A stretch of DNA of 64,000 nucleotides from Scenedesmus sp. PABB004 (taxonomy: Eukaryota): positions 62,001 through 126,000 of the forward strand of contig JABVCE010000037.1 in the NCBI GenBank assembly GCA_014905635.1. The letters are read 5' to 3'. Both the position numbers and the translations under genes were made by a program. This document shows positions 1-11,800 of this stretch, in pieces; within the stretch, counting starts at the first letter, position 1; the number at the start of each line of letters is the position of its first letter. The notes under the pieces were generated by a model, which made no database searches, was not told where the DNA came from, and saw only the letters and a program-made list of their open reading frames with translations.

Positions 1-105
1 CGGGCGCGGCGATCGCACGTCGCGCGGACGGCCGCGACCACGCGCCGCGCGCGCCCACTGCGGCCCGCGCTCGCCCGCCGGCCGCGCCCCCGCGCGACGC
101 CGCAG

Positions 106-3100
106 GACACCGACGAGCTGCTGCACCGCGTGGCGCGGCTGCAGGCGCTCGTCGCGAGCCGCGCCGCCGCGGGGGAGATGCTGGCGGCGGCGCCGGAGCT
201 GCTCACGCGGCCGCCCGCGGCGCTGGAGGCGCAGCTGCTGCGCCTCGCGGCGTGGCTGCGCCTGCCGCTGGCGGGCGAGGGGGCGGCCCCGCAGCCCGCG
301 CCCGAGGCGGCGGCGGCGGCGTGCGCCGCGCTGGTGCGGCTCGTGCGGCAGCGCCCGGGCGTGCTGTTCCTGGCGCGCGAGCAGGTGGCCGCGCAGCTGG
401 GCGCCGCGCAGCGCCTGCTCGGCCTGCCGGCACTGCCGCCGCTGCCGGAGGACGAGGCGGCGGTGCTGGAGCAGCTGCACGCCGAGGTGGCGGCCGCGCA
501 CGCCGAGGCGGCGGCGGCGCTCGAGGCGCGCGGGCTGCAGCCCAGCGAGCAGCAGCGCGGCGCGCGGCGCGCCGGCCTGGCAGAGATACGCGGCGACCTC
601 GCGCAGCTGCGGGCGCGTCAGGCGGCGTGGGAGCGCGGCGCGGCGGCGGCGCTCGACGCGTGGCGGCGGGCCGAGCAGGCGGCCGGCGAGTGCGCGGCGG
701 GCGCGCCGCCGCACGGGCTGCCGCCGCCGCACGGGCTGCCCCCGCCGCCGCCGGCCGCGGCCGCCGTTGCGCCATCGCCGCAGGAGCCGCTGGAGCTGCG
801 GGAGCTGTCGACGCTGGACGCGTCCGCGGCCAGCAGCGCCGCGCCGGGCGCGGGCGGCGCGCCTGCGTGCTGGCCCGCCGCGCTCGTGTGCGCCGCGCCC
901 GAGTGGCTATTTGTGGACCCGCAGCGCGCCATGCCCCGCCGCCTCGACTACCTACGCCGCCTCTTCTTCGGCGGCGGCGCCGGCAGCGGTGGTGGGCGCG
1001 ACGGCGGCGGCGGACACAGCAGCGGCGGCGGTGGCCTGACCCCGCTCGCGGCGCTGGTGCTGGGCGCGCCGGGCCTGATCGGCGTGAGCCCGCCCCACGT
1101 GCCCGCCAAGCTGCGCGCCCTCGAGGCGGCGCTCGCGGCGCACCCGAGCCTCGCGGGCGCGGGCCTGGCGCCGCGGAGCGGCGCTCGCGGCGCCGCCGGC
1201 GAGCGCCTGTCGGAGCTGGTGTCTGCGGCGCTGCTGCAGAGCCCGCTGCTGCTCACCGCGCCGCCGCGGGTGCTCGAGGCCAACGCGCGCGCGCTCGCCG
1301 CGGCGCTGCCGGCGCTGCCGCTCTACTTCACCCTCCCCCTGCTGCCCCGCCGGGCGCTGCACTGGGCCCACCTGGAGTTTCTGGCCGCCCTCGGTGAGCT
1401 GCCCGGCGGCGGCGGCGGCGCCGCCGCCGAGTGGGGCGAGGAGTCGTTCCAGCTCGCGGCGGCGGCGCTGTCGGCCGAGCCGGGCGCGTTCGAGGCCGCC
1501 CGCCCGCTGTTCCTGCCCTGGCGCGCGGCGCGCGGCGCCGCGTCGGCGGCGGGGCGCGACTGGCGCGCCGGCTGGGGCTGGCAGCGCGAGCTCGAGGGCG
1601 CGCTCGCGGGGCCGGCGCTGGCGGCGTGGCTGCGCGCCATGCGGGGCGCCTGGCACCGCCTGCTGCTGCTGGGCGCGGGCGAGCGCTGGCTCGCGCCCGC
1701 GGCGCCGGCGGCCGGGGGCGGCGCCGGGCGCGGCGCGCGGCGGCGGCTGAGCCTGGCGGAGCTGCCACACGCGCCGGCGGCCGCGCTGCCCTGCCGCCCC
1801 GCCCCCGGGCTGGGGCCGCTTCCGCTGGACCTGGACGACCGGCAGGCGCAGGCCCTGCTGGCGGGCCCGCACGCGGCGCTGGAGGCGGAGCTGGCGCCGC
1901 TCGCGGGGCTCTGGCAGCACCTCGCGGCCGCCGCGGCGCTGAGCCCGGGCTGGCACCGCCAGCTGGACGGCGCCGCGACGGAGCTTCCGCGCGCGCTGAT
2001 CGCCGCGGGCTGGCCGCTGGGGGCGCCCGACGGCGCGGGCGAGGCGCAGCTGGTGGCCGAGTTTGTCGCCGCCGGCGACGGTGCCGGCTGGGACGCCGCG
2101 CTGCTGGAGCCGCGGGCCAGCCCCGCTGCCGCCGCCGCCGCCGCCGCGCGGCGCACCTTCTGGGCGGCGCTGGCGGCGCCCGGCGCGGCGGAGCGCCTCG
2201 CCGAGCGGCTGCGCTTCTTGGACCAGGTGGGCCTGGCGGACGGGCGGGCCGCGCTCGGCGGCGGAGGCGGCGTGCCCGGCGGCGGCGCGGCCGGGGACGG
2301 CACGCCCGGCGGCGCCTGCGGCGGCGGCGCGCCAGACCCCGCCGACCTCTGGGGCGTGCTGGTCGCCAGCGACGCCGCGTTTGCCGCGGGGCAGCCCGCG
2401 TTTGCGGGCTGGCTGCGCGCGCGCGCGCTCACGTCGGGCCGGCCCGCGTGGCGGTCGGAGCTGGAGGCGATGCGCGGCGCCGACCTGCTGTCGTGGCTGG
2501 CCGCCGCGGACGCGCCGGGCGGCTGGGCGCGGCTCGACTTCCTGGCCTCGCCCGGCGGCGGCGAGGGGCGCGGCGCGGGGCTGTGGAGCGCGGTGGGGCT
2601 GGCCGATGCGCTGTCGGCCAGCGGCGAGGCGTTTTCCCAGCTCTTCCCCGAGGCGCGCTTCGCGGCGTGGCAGCTGCTCGCGACGCTGCACGGCGCGCGC
2701 GGCGCCGGCGCGGCGGCGGACCCCCCGCAGCAGGCGGCCGCGCCCGCGCCCGCGCCCGCGCCGGCCGCGCCCGCCGCCGGCGGCGCGCCGGACGGCGCGG
2801 CGGCGGGGGCGCGCGGCGCGGGCAGCCGCGCGCGCGGCGCGGCGGGGCGGCTGCGGCGCGTCGTGTCGCCCGACACGGCGCGCGCGCGGCTGACCGCGCT
2901 GGCGGACTATGCCGGCGCCGCGGCGGCGTGGGAGGCAGAGCTGCGGGGCTGGGGCACCGAGGCGTGGGCGCTCGCGGCGTCGACGTTCACGCCGCAGCGC
3001 GCGCGCCGCCTCGAGTTCCTCCTGGCCATGGCCGACAGCGCCGCCGCGCCGCGCGGGCAGGGCAGGGGCGAAGGCGAGGGCGAGGGCCGGGCCTCGGCGC

Positions 3101-4895
3101 CGCCCGCGCCGAGCGTGCTGCAGTCGCTGTTCACCGCCGTGACGTCGTCCAACAAGCAGTTTGCGACGCGGCACCCGCTCTTTGCGCCCTGGGCGGCGCT
3201 GGCCGGCGCGGCGTCGCGCGTGCCGCGCTGGGCCGCCGAGTGGGCGGGCCTGCGCGGGCCGGAGCTCGCTGGGACGCTGGAGGCGGTGCTCGCGCTGACG
3301 CGGCCGCGCTGCGACGACGTGCGCGCCGCGGCGCGCGAGCGGACGGCGGCGGCGCTGCGCTCCAAGGCCGCGGCGGCGCAGGGCGACGGCGGCCGCGCGG
3401 TGCTGCGCCAGCTGAACGGCGCGGTGCCGCTGGGCGTCACCGCGCCCGCGGCCGCGCCGGGGCCGCGCATGGCTGGCGGCGCCGGCGCGGCGCCGGCACC
3501 AGCGCGCGCCCGCGCGACGCGCGGTGCGGCGCCAGCGCCGGCCCCGGCGGCGGCGCCCGCGCAGCGGCGGGGCGCCGCGCCGGACGACGGCGCGGCGGGG
3601 CTGGCGCTCGCGCTCGCGCGCCTCGCGCACGTGGCGGCTCGCCCGCGCGCCGGCGGCGGCGCCGCGTCGGCGCTCAGCCTGCGCGAGCTGCTCACGATGC
3701 CGCAGGGCGAGCTGTTTGAGCTCGCCCCGGGCGTCGACCCGGTGCTGGCAGCCGCGCAGGCGCAGGGCGCCGAGGAGGGGCGCGCTGCGGCCGCCGCTGA
3801 GGCGCTGCCCTGGCTGGGCGCGCAGGCGCTGCGGCCGGAGCTGGCGGCGGCGCTGAGCCCGAACTGCCGGCGGCTGCTGGCGCAGCGCCCCGGCGACCTG
3901 CTGCTGCTGCAGGCGGCGGCGCACACCTGGCCGGCGTGGGAGGCCTGGCTCTCGCGCGCCACGCCGGCCGGCTTTGAGGAGTGCCTGCGCCACGTTGCGG
4001 CCCGTGGCGAGCGCCTGCAGCTGCTGGTCAGGTGCGCGCGCGTGCGCTGGCGCAACGAGCCGTGCCGCGGGCCCGATCCACCGCGCTGCGCGGCGGCCAC
4101 GCATCGCGCGCGCGCGCGCGCCAAGCGCCCTGCTGCGACCATCGGGGCCGCCGCCGGCCGCCGCTCGCCGCAGGGCGGAGCTGCAGTGCCACGACAGCCT
4201 GCGCGGCGCGCTGACAATGGACGAGGCCACCTGGCGGGCGCGCTACCCGATCGCCCTGCAGGTGTGCGCTCGCGCGCGCGCCCGGCAGCCTCGTCGCACA
4301 CGCAGGGGCCAGCTCAACCGACGAGCTGCGTGCGCTGCGCCCAGCGCCCGGCCGCATAGCACGCTCAGCCCCGCGCGCCGCCGCGCCGCGCGCCGCAGGT
4401 GGCGGAGCTGCAGGCTGCCGCCACGGGCGTGCCCGCGTGGGAGCGGCAGCTCGCGGCGCAGCCGTTGGGGCGGCGGCTGGTGATGTTCATCGACAGGCGC
4501 GCGCGGCGCGCGCGGCGCGCGCGGCGCGCGGGGCACGCCTGGCGCCGTCGCCTCCGCTCGCGGCGTCGCCCTGGCCCGCCGGCGCGCGCGCGCGCGCGCC
4601 TGCGCTGATCCGCACCGCCGCCCGCCGCGCGCGCCGCTGCAGGCTGCACGCGCGGCGCGGGCGGCTGGTGTGGCTGCGCCGCGAGGGCCTCGCCGAGGGC
4701 CGCCCCGCGCTGGGGCTGCTGGCGCTGAGCGAGGCGCGCTTCTGCGAGGCGTTCCCCGACCTTGGCTACCCGGGCGACACCGCGATGGCGGCCCTCATGG
4801 GCTCCGCGGTGGACGGCGGCGCCGGCCGCGGCGAGCCGGCGGGCGAGCAGGCGGCGGAGGAGGGGGAGGAGGGCGCCGGCGGCGGTCTCGCGTGA
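106..4895 (+). CDS. mTERF-like helical repeat protein, 5' end outside window; exons 106-4031, 4174-4261, 4399-4496, 4643-4895
   Basis: Acceptor CGCAG at 101-105 is in frame with ORF 130-4359. mTERF-like motifs: LVRQRPGVLFL, APEWLFVDPQRAMPRRLDYL, LLQSPLLLTAPP. Last exon RLVWLRREG...LLALSEARFCEAFP resembles the mTERF C-terminal motif. Stop TGA 4893-4895. Confidence 0.65.
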
Positions 4896-5800
4896 GCGAC
4901 GCCGCTGTCAGCAACTGTGGGCTGTGCTGTGCCGCAGCAAAGCGTGTTACCCGACTGCACGAAAGCCGCAAGGCGCACGCGCGCTCGATCACATCTTATT
5001 CACATCTCGAGAGATGGGCGGCGGCCCGGGGGTGCCCGGGGGCCGCCGCAGATACGTGCCGCCATCGCAGATACCAGTGCCGCCGTCGCAGGTGCAAGTG
5101 CCGGGAGCCAGGGGAAGGTTGGGGTCGGTCCGCGCGCATCCTGAAGGGATCACTTGATTTATTGGTTTAGTAGTAGAGGGACGCAGCGAGGCAGTTCACA
5201 CACAGCCTGTCAGTACGCCCGGCCACGGGGTTGAGAGATCCTGTCGCACCAGGGTGCGCGCGCGCGCAGGGCAGGGCAGACACTGGCTCCCAGCCGCCAC
5301 CGCGCGCGCGGGGCGCACGTGGGAGCGCGGTTGATGTGATGATAGCCCACACAGCTGATCACTCGCACAGAGGGACCAGAAAGAAAGCAGCCACCGCACA
5401 CGCGCCGTCCCCTTCCCCGAGAACCAGGCGCGTGTGGAGTTGGACATGGCGCACATGCAAGGGGCGCAGACGCGCGGCCCGCAGGCGGGCCCGTGAGGGT
5501 CAGTCAACACGGAAAGCAACAAAGCTGTGACGCGCGGGTTCAGCACTTGCGGCAGGCGGCCCCAAGCATGATCAGAACAACTTGGCCCACCCACCGGGGG
5601 TCGCTGACCCTCCCTCGCCGGGCGCATGCGCAGGCGCGAGGGCGCAGCCGGGGCATGCGCGGCCTCGCTCGACACCCGAGAGGCCCGCGCGCACGCAGGG
5701 GTGCGCCCGATGCCTGGGCCGCCGCCCCCCCCCCCCCCCCTCCCCTCCCCGGCGCGCTGCAGCGCGGCATGCGCCGCACGCGCGCGCGGCGGCGCGCCAC

Positions 5801-8800
5801 CTAGGCCTCGTAGAGCGTGATGGTCAGGTCGTCGATGGCCGCGCCGATGTCCTCGCCGGAGCCGTCGTTGTCCAACGCGTGCAGCATCACGCGCTGGCCC
5901 GGGGTCACCGTCTGCGGGTAGCTGTAGGGGCCGACGGTCTTGCGGAAGTCTGGCGAGTTGCCCTGGCCCGCCCCGATCGAGAGGTTGCAGCCGGACGCAG
6001 GCCGGGCGGGCAACACGTCGATCATACCAAAGTTGGGCGGCGTGTTGGTCGGCGCCGTGCTCGGAGTCGGCGTAGCATTCAGCTGCTCGCCCGCCGCGTA
6101 GGCGCCCCGGACCCGCAGCCAGGTCTTGAGCACGTCGTCGTTGCCGGGCGTGCCGCAGCGCCACGTCTCCACCTGCGCGATGGCAGCCAGCGTCGCACCG
6201 CGCTCAGCTCAGCGCAGAGCGCGAGAGCGCGCGCGCGAGTTCGAGCCGCCGCTGCGGAGCGCGAGCGCGCCCGAGCGCGCCCTAGCGCGGGCACCGCCGC
6301 CGCTGCTGTCTGCCCGCCGCCGCCGCGGCGCGCGCGATTGCAGGGGCGCCGCGCCGCCCCCACGCGGCGCGGCCCACGCCGCGCGCTCCCCACCGCAAAG
6401 GTGACCTCCATGCGCGTCGCTGTGAAGGCCGCGGTGTGCGTAATGGCGGCGCCGTACACGCTGTTGTCAAAGGTGCCAGAGCCGATCGACCCGAGCGCGC
6501 GGTCGGGGCTGCCGGTTTCGCCGTAATTGTAGAAGATCCCCGTGGTGGCCACGAAGCCGCCGCCCCCACCGTTGGTGTTGCCCGTGTTGGTGACGATCGC
6601 GCGGCGATCATAGCCATCGGTGACGTTTTTGGTCCACAGATAATACTGCCCCGCCGGGATGCCACTGAGCAGCACCGTCGCGCCGTTCTTGGCCAGCGTG
6701 TACCGCGCGGTCCCGCTCGTGCCGATGGCGGCGAGGTCGTTGAAGTTGAGCAGATACGTCGCGCAGCCTGCGGGGGGGGGGGGGGGACGGATGCGAGGGA
6801 GTTGGGCTTCAATCGCGCCACAGGCCCCAAGAGCCGCGCGCAGCGCGCCCCGCCGCGGCGCGCCCCGCGGCGCGCTCACCGCGCACGGTGATGGTGAAGG
6901 TCTGCGCCGCGCTGACGGCGTTCAGGCTGTCACGAGCAACGACGCTGACGAGGGTGGAGCCAAAGCTGCTGCCGCTGACCCGGAAGGTCAACGCGCCGGT
7001 GGCGGCGTCGATGGCCGGCCCCGCCTGGAACAGCGCGGGGTTGGCGGCGGTGGCGACAAGGCTCACGGTCTGGCTCGCCTCGTTGGGGCCCGGCGAGACG
7101 CTGGTGTTGTTGACAAATGCAGTGACAGTGATCGACACGTTGTTGCACTGGTGATCGGTCACCGTAGCCGAATAGTTGCTGCCCCAGGCAAAGCTGGGGG
7201 CGTCGTTCACTGCAGGGCGTGCGGGCGCGCGCGCGCGCGAGGTCAGCCAGCGGCACCCCGAGGCCGTGTGGGCGGCGTCAGCGGCGGGCGTGACAAGGCC
7301 CACGCCGCCGCGTGCGCGCACGGGCAGCGCAGCAGCCGCTGCAGCGCAGCCCGGCGGCATGCCGGCGCACACAGCGCGCGCGCGCCGCCGGGCACGCCCG
7401 CCCGCGCACCTGGCGTGACGACGATGGTGAATGGCTTGGTGGTGACGGCTGAGCCGCCGGTGCTGTTGGCGGCGTCATCGGTCGCCTGCACATTGCAGGC
7501 GACGGTGCCAAATGCGTTGGCAGCCGTCCTGAACGTGAGCGTGCGGCTGACGCCGCTGCCGGTGAGAGACGGGCCGGTCGTGAACAGCGGGCTGCTGGTC
7601 GTGCAGGCGCCAGTCAGCACCACCGACGTGATGCTCTGCCCCGCGCCCGGGTCGGACGTGGTCAGGCCGGTCACAAAGGAGGTGTCGGAGTAGGCGGAGC
7701 TGGAATAGGCATCCTCCGCCACGGTCACCACGGCAACGAGCTTGGGGAGTGGCGGTGGGCGTGTGGGCCAGGGAGGGGGTGGGCGGGTGAGTTGGGGCTC
7801 ACAAGCAAGGGGGATTGGAGGCCAGCCGCGGCGGCGCGCAGGGCAGGGCGCTGCCGGGCTGCAGGGCAGCGCTGGCGGCGAGCGCAGCGGCGCGGCGCTG
7901 CGGCACTGGCAGCGCACGTTGAAGTCGGGGGGAGTGTTGGGCGGCCACGCCAGCGTCAGGCGCAGAGTGGCGGTGTCAGTGCCGCCGACGCCGTCCGAAA
8001 CAAGCACGGAGACGTTGAAGGTGCCGGGAGCCAGCCCGGCGGTGGCCGTGTTGAGGCTGACCGCGCCGCCGGCCGGCGCGATGCTGATGCTGCCAGCGGG
8101 CAGGCCGCCTGCGTCTGAGATGTTGTAGGTCAGCGTCTGGCCAGGGCTGTCGGTGGCGGTGGCGGTGGTGACGACCTGGACCATCGAGCGGATGTTGGAG
8201 CTTGCCGATGTAGGAGACAGAGTGAGCACGGGGTTGGCGTTGGCTGCGGGGCGGGCGGCAGAGCACGGGCGTGCGGCGCGCAGCGCAGCGCGAGTGAGAC
8301 CAGCCGTGTACGGCTGGTGTGACAGCGCACACCCAAGCGCCTGCTTGTTGGCCGGCGCTGCAACGCCGCCGTTGCGGCTGTCAGCGGCTCCGCGAGTGAT
8401 CACTCACCCACGGAAATGGTGAAGCTCTGGGTCGAGCTGCTGTCGTCGCCGCCGTTTGCTGTGCCGCCGTCGTCCAGCAGCTGCACAGAGATGGTGGAGG
8501 TGCCAAAGCTCGTCCCCGCAACCGTGAACGTGAGCGTGCCTGCTGCGCTGATTGCCGGAGCCACGCTGAAAAGGCTTGGGCTGGTGAGGGCCGTGATGTT
8601 GAACTGCACGTTCTGGGAGGCCTCGTTGGCAGGGCCGGGCGAGATGCTTGTGGCCCAGCTTGTCCGCGTCTGCACGCCGGTGGCGGTCTGTAGCCCAGCG
8701 ATGTTGGGCCCGACCGCAAAGCTGGGGGGGTCGTTCACTGCAGGCGGGCGCGCGCGCGCGCGAGGTCAGCCAGCGGCACCCCGAGGCCGTGTGGGCGGCG

Positions 8801-11800
8801 TCAGCGGCGGGCGTGACCAGGCCCACGCCGCCGCGTGCGCGCACGGGCAGTGCAGCAGCCGCTGCAGCGCAGCCCAGCCCGGCGGCGTGCCCAGCGCGCC
8901 CAGCGCGTGCGCCGCCGGGCAGGCCCGCCCGCGCACCTGGCGTGACGACGATGGTGAACGCCTTGGTGGTGACGGCTGAGCCGCCGGTGCTGTTGGCGGC
9001 GTCATCGGTCGCCTGCACATTGCAGGCGACGGTGCCAAATGCGTTGGCAGCCGTCCTGAACGTGAGCGTGCGGCTGACGCCGCTGCCGGTGAGAGACGGG
9101 CCGGTCGTGAACAGCGGGCTGCTGGTCGTGCAGGCGCCAGTCAGCACCACCGACGTGATGCTCTGCCCCGCGCCCGGGTCGGACGTGGTCAGGCCGGTCA
9201 CAAAGGAGGTGTCGGAGTAGGCGGAGCTGGAATAGGCATCCTCCGCCACGGTCACCACGGCAACGAGCTTGGGGAGTGGCGGTGGGCGTGTGGGCCAGGG
9301 AGGGGGTGGGCGGGTGAGTTGGGGCTCACAAGCAAGGGGGATTGGAGGCCAGCCGCGGCGGCGCGCAGGGCAGGGCGCTGCCGGGCTGCAGGGCAGCGCT
9401 GGCGGCGAGCGCAGCGGCGCGGCGCTGCGGCACTGGCAGCGCACGTTGAAGTCGGGGGGAGTGTTGGGCGGCCACGCCAGCGTCAGGCGCAGAGTGGCGG
9501 TGTCAGTGCCGCCGACGCCGTCCGAAACAAGCACGGAGACGTTGAAGGTGCCGGGAGCCAGCCCGGCGGTGGCCGTGTTGAGGCTGACCGCGCCGCCGGC
9601 CGGCGCGATGCTGATGCTGCCAGCGGGCAGGCCGCCTGCGTCTGAGATGTTGTAGGTCAGCGTCTGGCCAGGGCTGTCGGTGGCGGTGGCGGTGGTGACG
9701 ACCTGGACCATCGAGCGGATGTTGGAGCTTGCCGATGTAGGAGACAGAGTGAGCACGGGGTCGGCGTTGGCTGCGGGGCGGGCGGCAGAGCACGGGCGTG
9801 CGGCGCGCAGCGCAGCGCGAGTGAGACCGGCCCCAGCGCCACGCGCGCGAGCCCAGCGAAAGCCGACTGCGTGCGGCCGCCGCTCACGTGGGTCGCAGGC
9901 ACCTGCGCTGCCTGGTGAGCTCGTGCTCCACACGCCCGTTGCCGCCACGCACGCAGCCTCTGGCGGCGTCCCACCGTACAGGCAGCTGCCGCTGCAGAAT
10001 GCGCCAGGCGCTGTGGGGCAGGTGCCGTTCCACGCCGAGTAGTTGCCGGGGGGCAGGCTGGTGCTGTTGATGGCTGCGGGGCAGTTGTACGTTGCAGTGC
10101 ATGTGCCGCTGGACTGCACCTCCCAGAGGCCAGTCACGCCGTTGCACCTGGCGACAGGCGCGACGCCAGCGCCGGTGCAGGTGCCAGTGCAGGTCGCGCC
10201 CGTGGACGAAATGGCGCACGGGGCCGCGGACCAGGCGGCGTTGGCATTTGACAGGGTCAGGCTGGATGGCACGACACCTGGGCAGGCACCTGCAGTGCAG
10301 GTGCCGGGCGCGGCGTCGCGCGCAGGCGAGGCGTGTGAGTTGGCGGGGGCTGACCTGCGTGCCCGCCCGCGCAGGTCTGGCACCTCGCACGCGCACGCAC
10401 TCTCGCAGCCTGACGGCGTCGTCACGCTCCACTGGCCAGCAGAAGTGCTGCCGCACGTTGCGATGGGCGCGGTGCCGCTGCTGGTGCCGATGCAGTTGCC
10501 GGCGCACGTCTGGCCGGCTGCTGTGCTGGCGCATAAGGCCGGCCAGGCAGCGTTCTGCCCCGCCGAAGCGAGCTGCGAGCCGATGTTGGCAGGGCAGGGA
10601 GCTGCGTGGAGCAGTCAGCGGCAGGCAGCGTGTGAGAGGAGTTGCGTGAAGCAGCAGCCTGGAGTCTGCAGCTTGCGCGTGCCAGATGCTGCTGGCCCAA
10701 GGCAGCCGACGCGTGCGGCCGCCGCTCACGTGGGTCGCAGGCACCTGCGCTGCCTGGTGAGCTCGTGCTCCACACGCCCGTTGCCGCCACGCACGCAGCC
10801 ACTGGCGGCGTGCCACCGTGCAGGCAGCTGCCGCTGCAGAATGCGCCAGGCGCTGTGGGGCAGGTGCCGTTCCACGCCGAGTAGTTGCCGGGGGGCAGGC
10901 TGGTGCTGTTGATGGCTGCGGGGCAGTTGTACGTTGCAGTGCATGTGCCGCTGGACTGCACCTCCCAGAGGCCAGTCACGCCGTTGCACCTGGCGACAGG
11001 CGCGACGCCAGCGCCGGTGCAGGTGCCAGTGCAGGTCGCGCCCGTGGACGAAATGGCGCACGGGGCCGTGGACCAGGCGGCGTTGGCATTTGACAGGGTC
11101 AGGCTGGATGGCACGACACCTGGGCAGGCACCTGCAGTGCAGGTGCCGGGCGCGGCGTCGCGCGCAGGCGAGGCGTGTGAGTTGGCGGGGGCTGACCTGC
11201 GTGCCCGCCCGCGCAGGTCTGGCACCTCGCACGCGCACGCACTCTCGCAGCCGGACGGCGTCGTCACGCTCCACTGGCCAGCAGAAGTGCTGCCGCACGT
11301 TGCGATGGGCGCGGTGCCGCTGCTGGTGCCGGTGCAGTTGCCGGCGCACGTCTGGCCGGCTGCTGTGCTGGCGCATAAGGCCGGCCAGGCAGCGTTCTGC
11401 CCCGCCGAAGCGAGCTGCGAGCCGATGTTGGCAGGGCAGGGAGCTGCGTGGAGCAGTCAGCGGCAGGCAGCGTGTGAGAGGAGTTGCGTGAAGCAGCAGC
11501 CTGGAGTCTGCAGCTTGCGCGTGCCAGATGCTGCTGGCCCAAGGCAGCCGACGCGTGCGGCCGCCGCTCACGTGGGTCGCAGGCACCTGCGCTGCCTGGT
11601 GAGCTCGTGCTCCACACGCCCGTTGCCGCCACGCACGCAGCCACTGGCGGCGTGCCACCGTGCAGGCAGCTGCCGCTGCAGAATGCGCCAGGCGCTGTGG
11701 GGCAGGTGCCGTTCCACGCCGAGTAGTTGCCGGGGGGCAGGCTGGTGCTGTTGATGGCTGCGGGGCAGTTGTACGTTGCAGTGCATGTGCCGCTGGACTG

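Noticed and set aside
952..4230. 1092-aa antisense ORF and the many other long overlapping Arg/Ala/Pro-rich ORFs
   Set aside because: Expected from stop-codon scarcity at very high GC; they shadow real exons and show no domain motifs.
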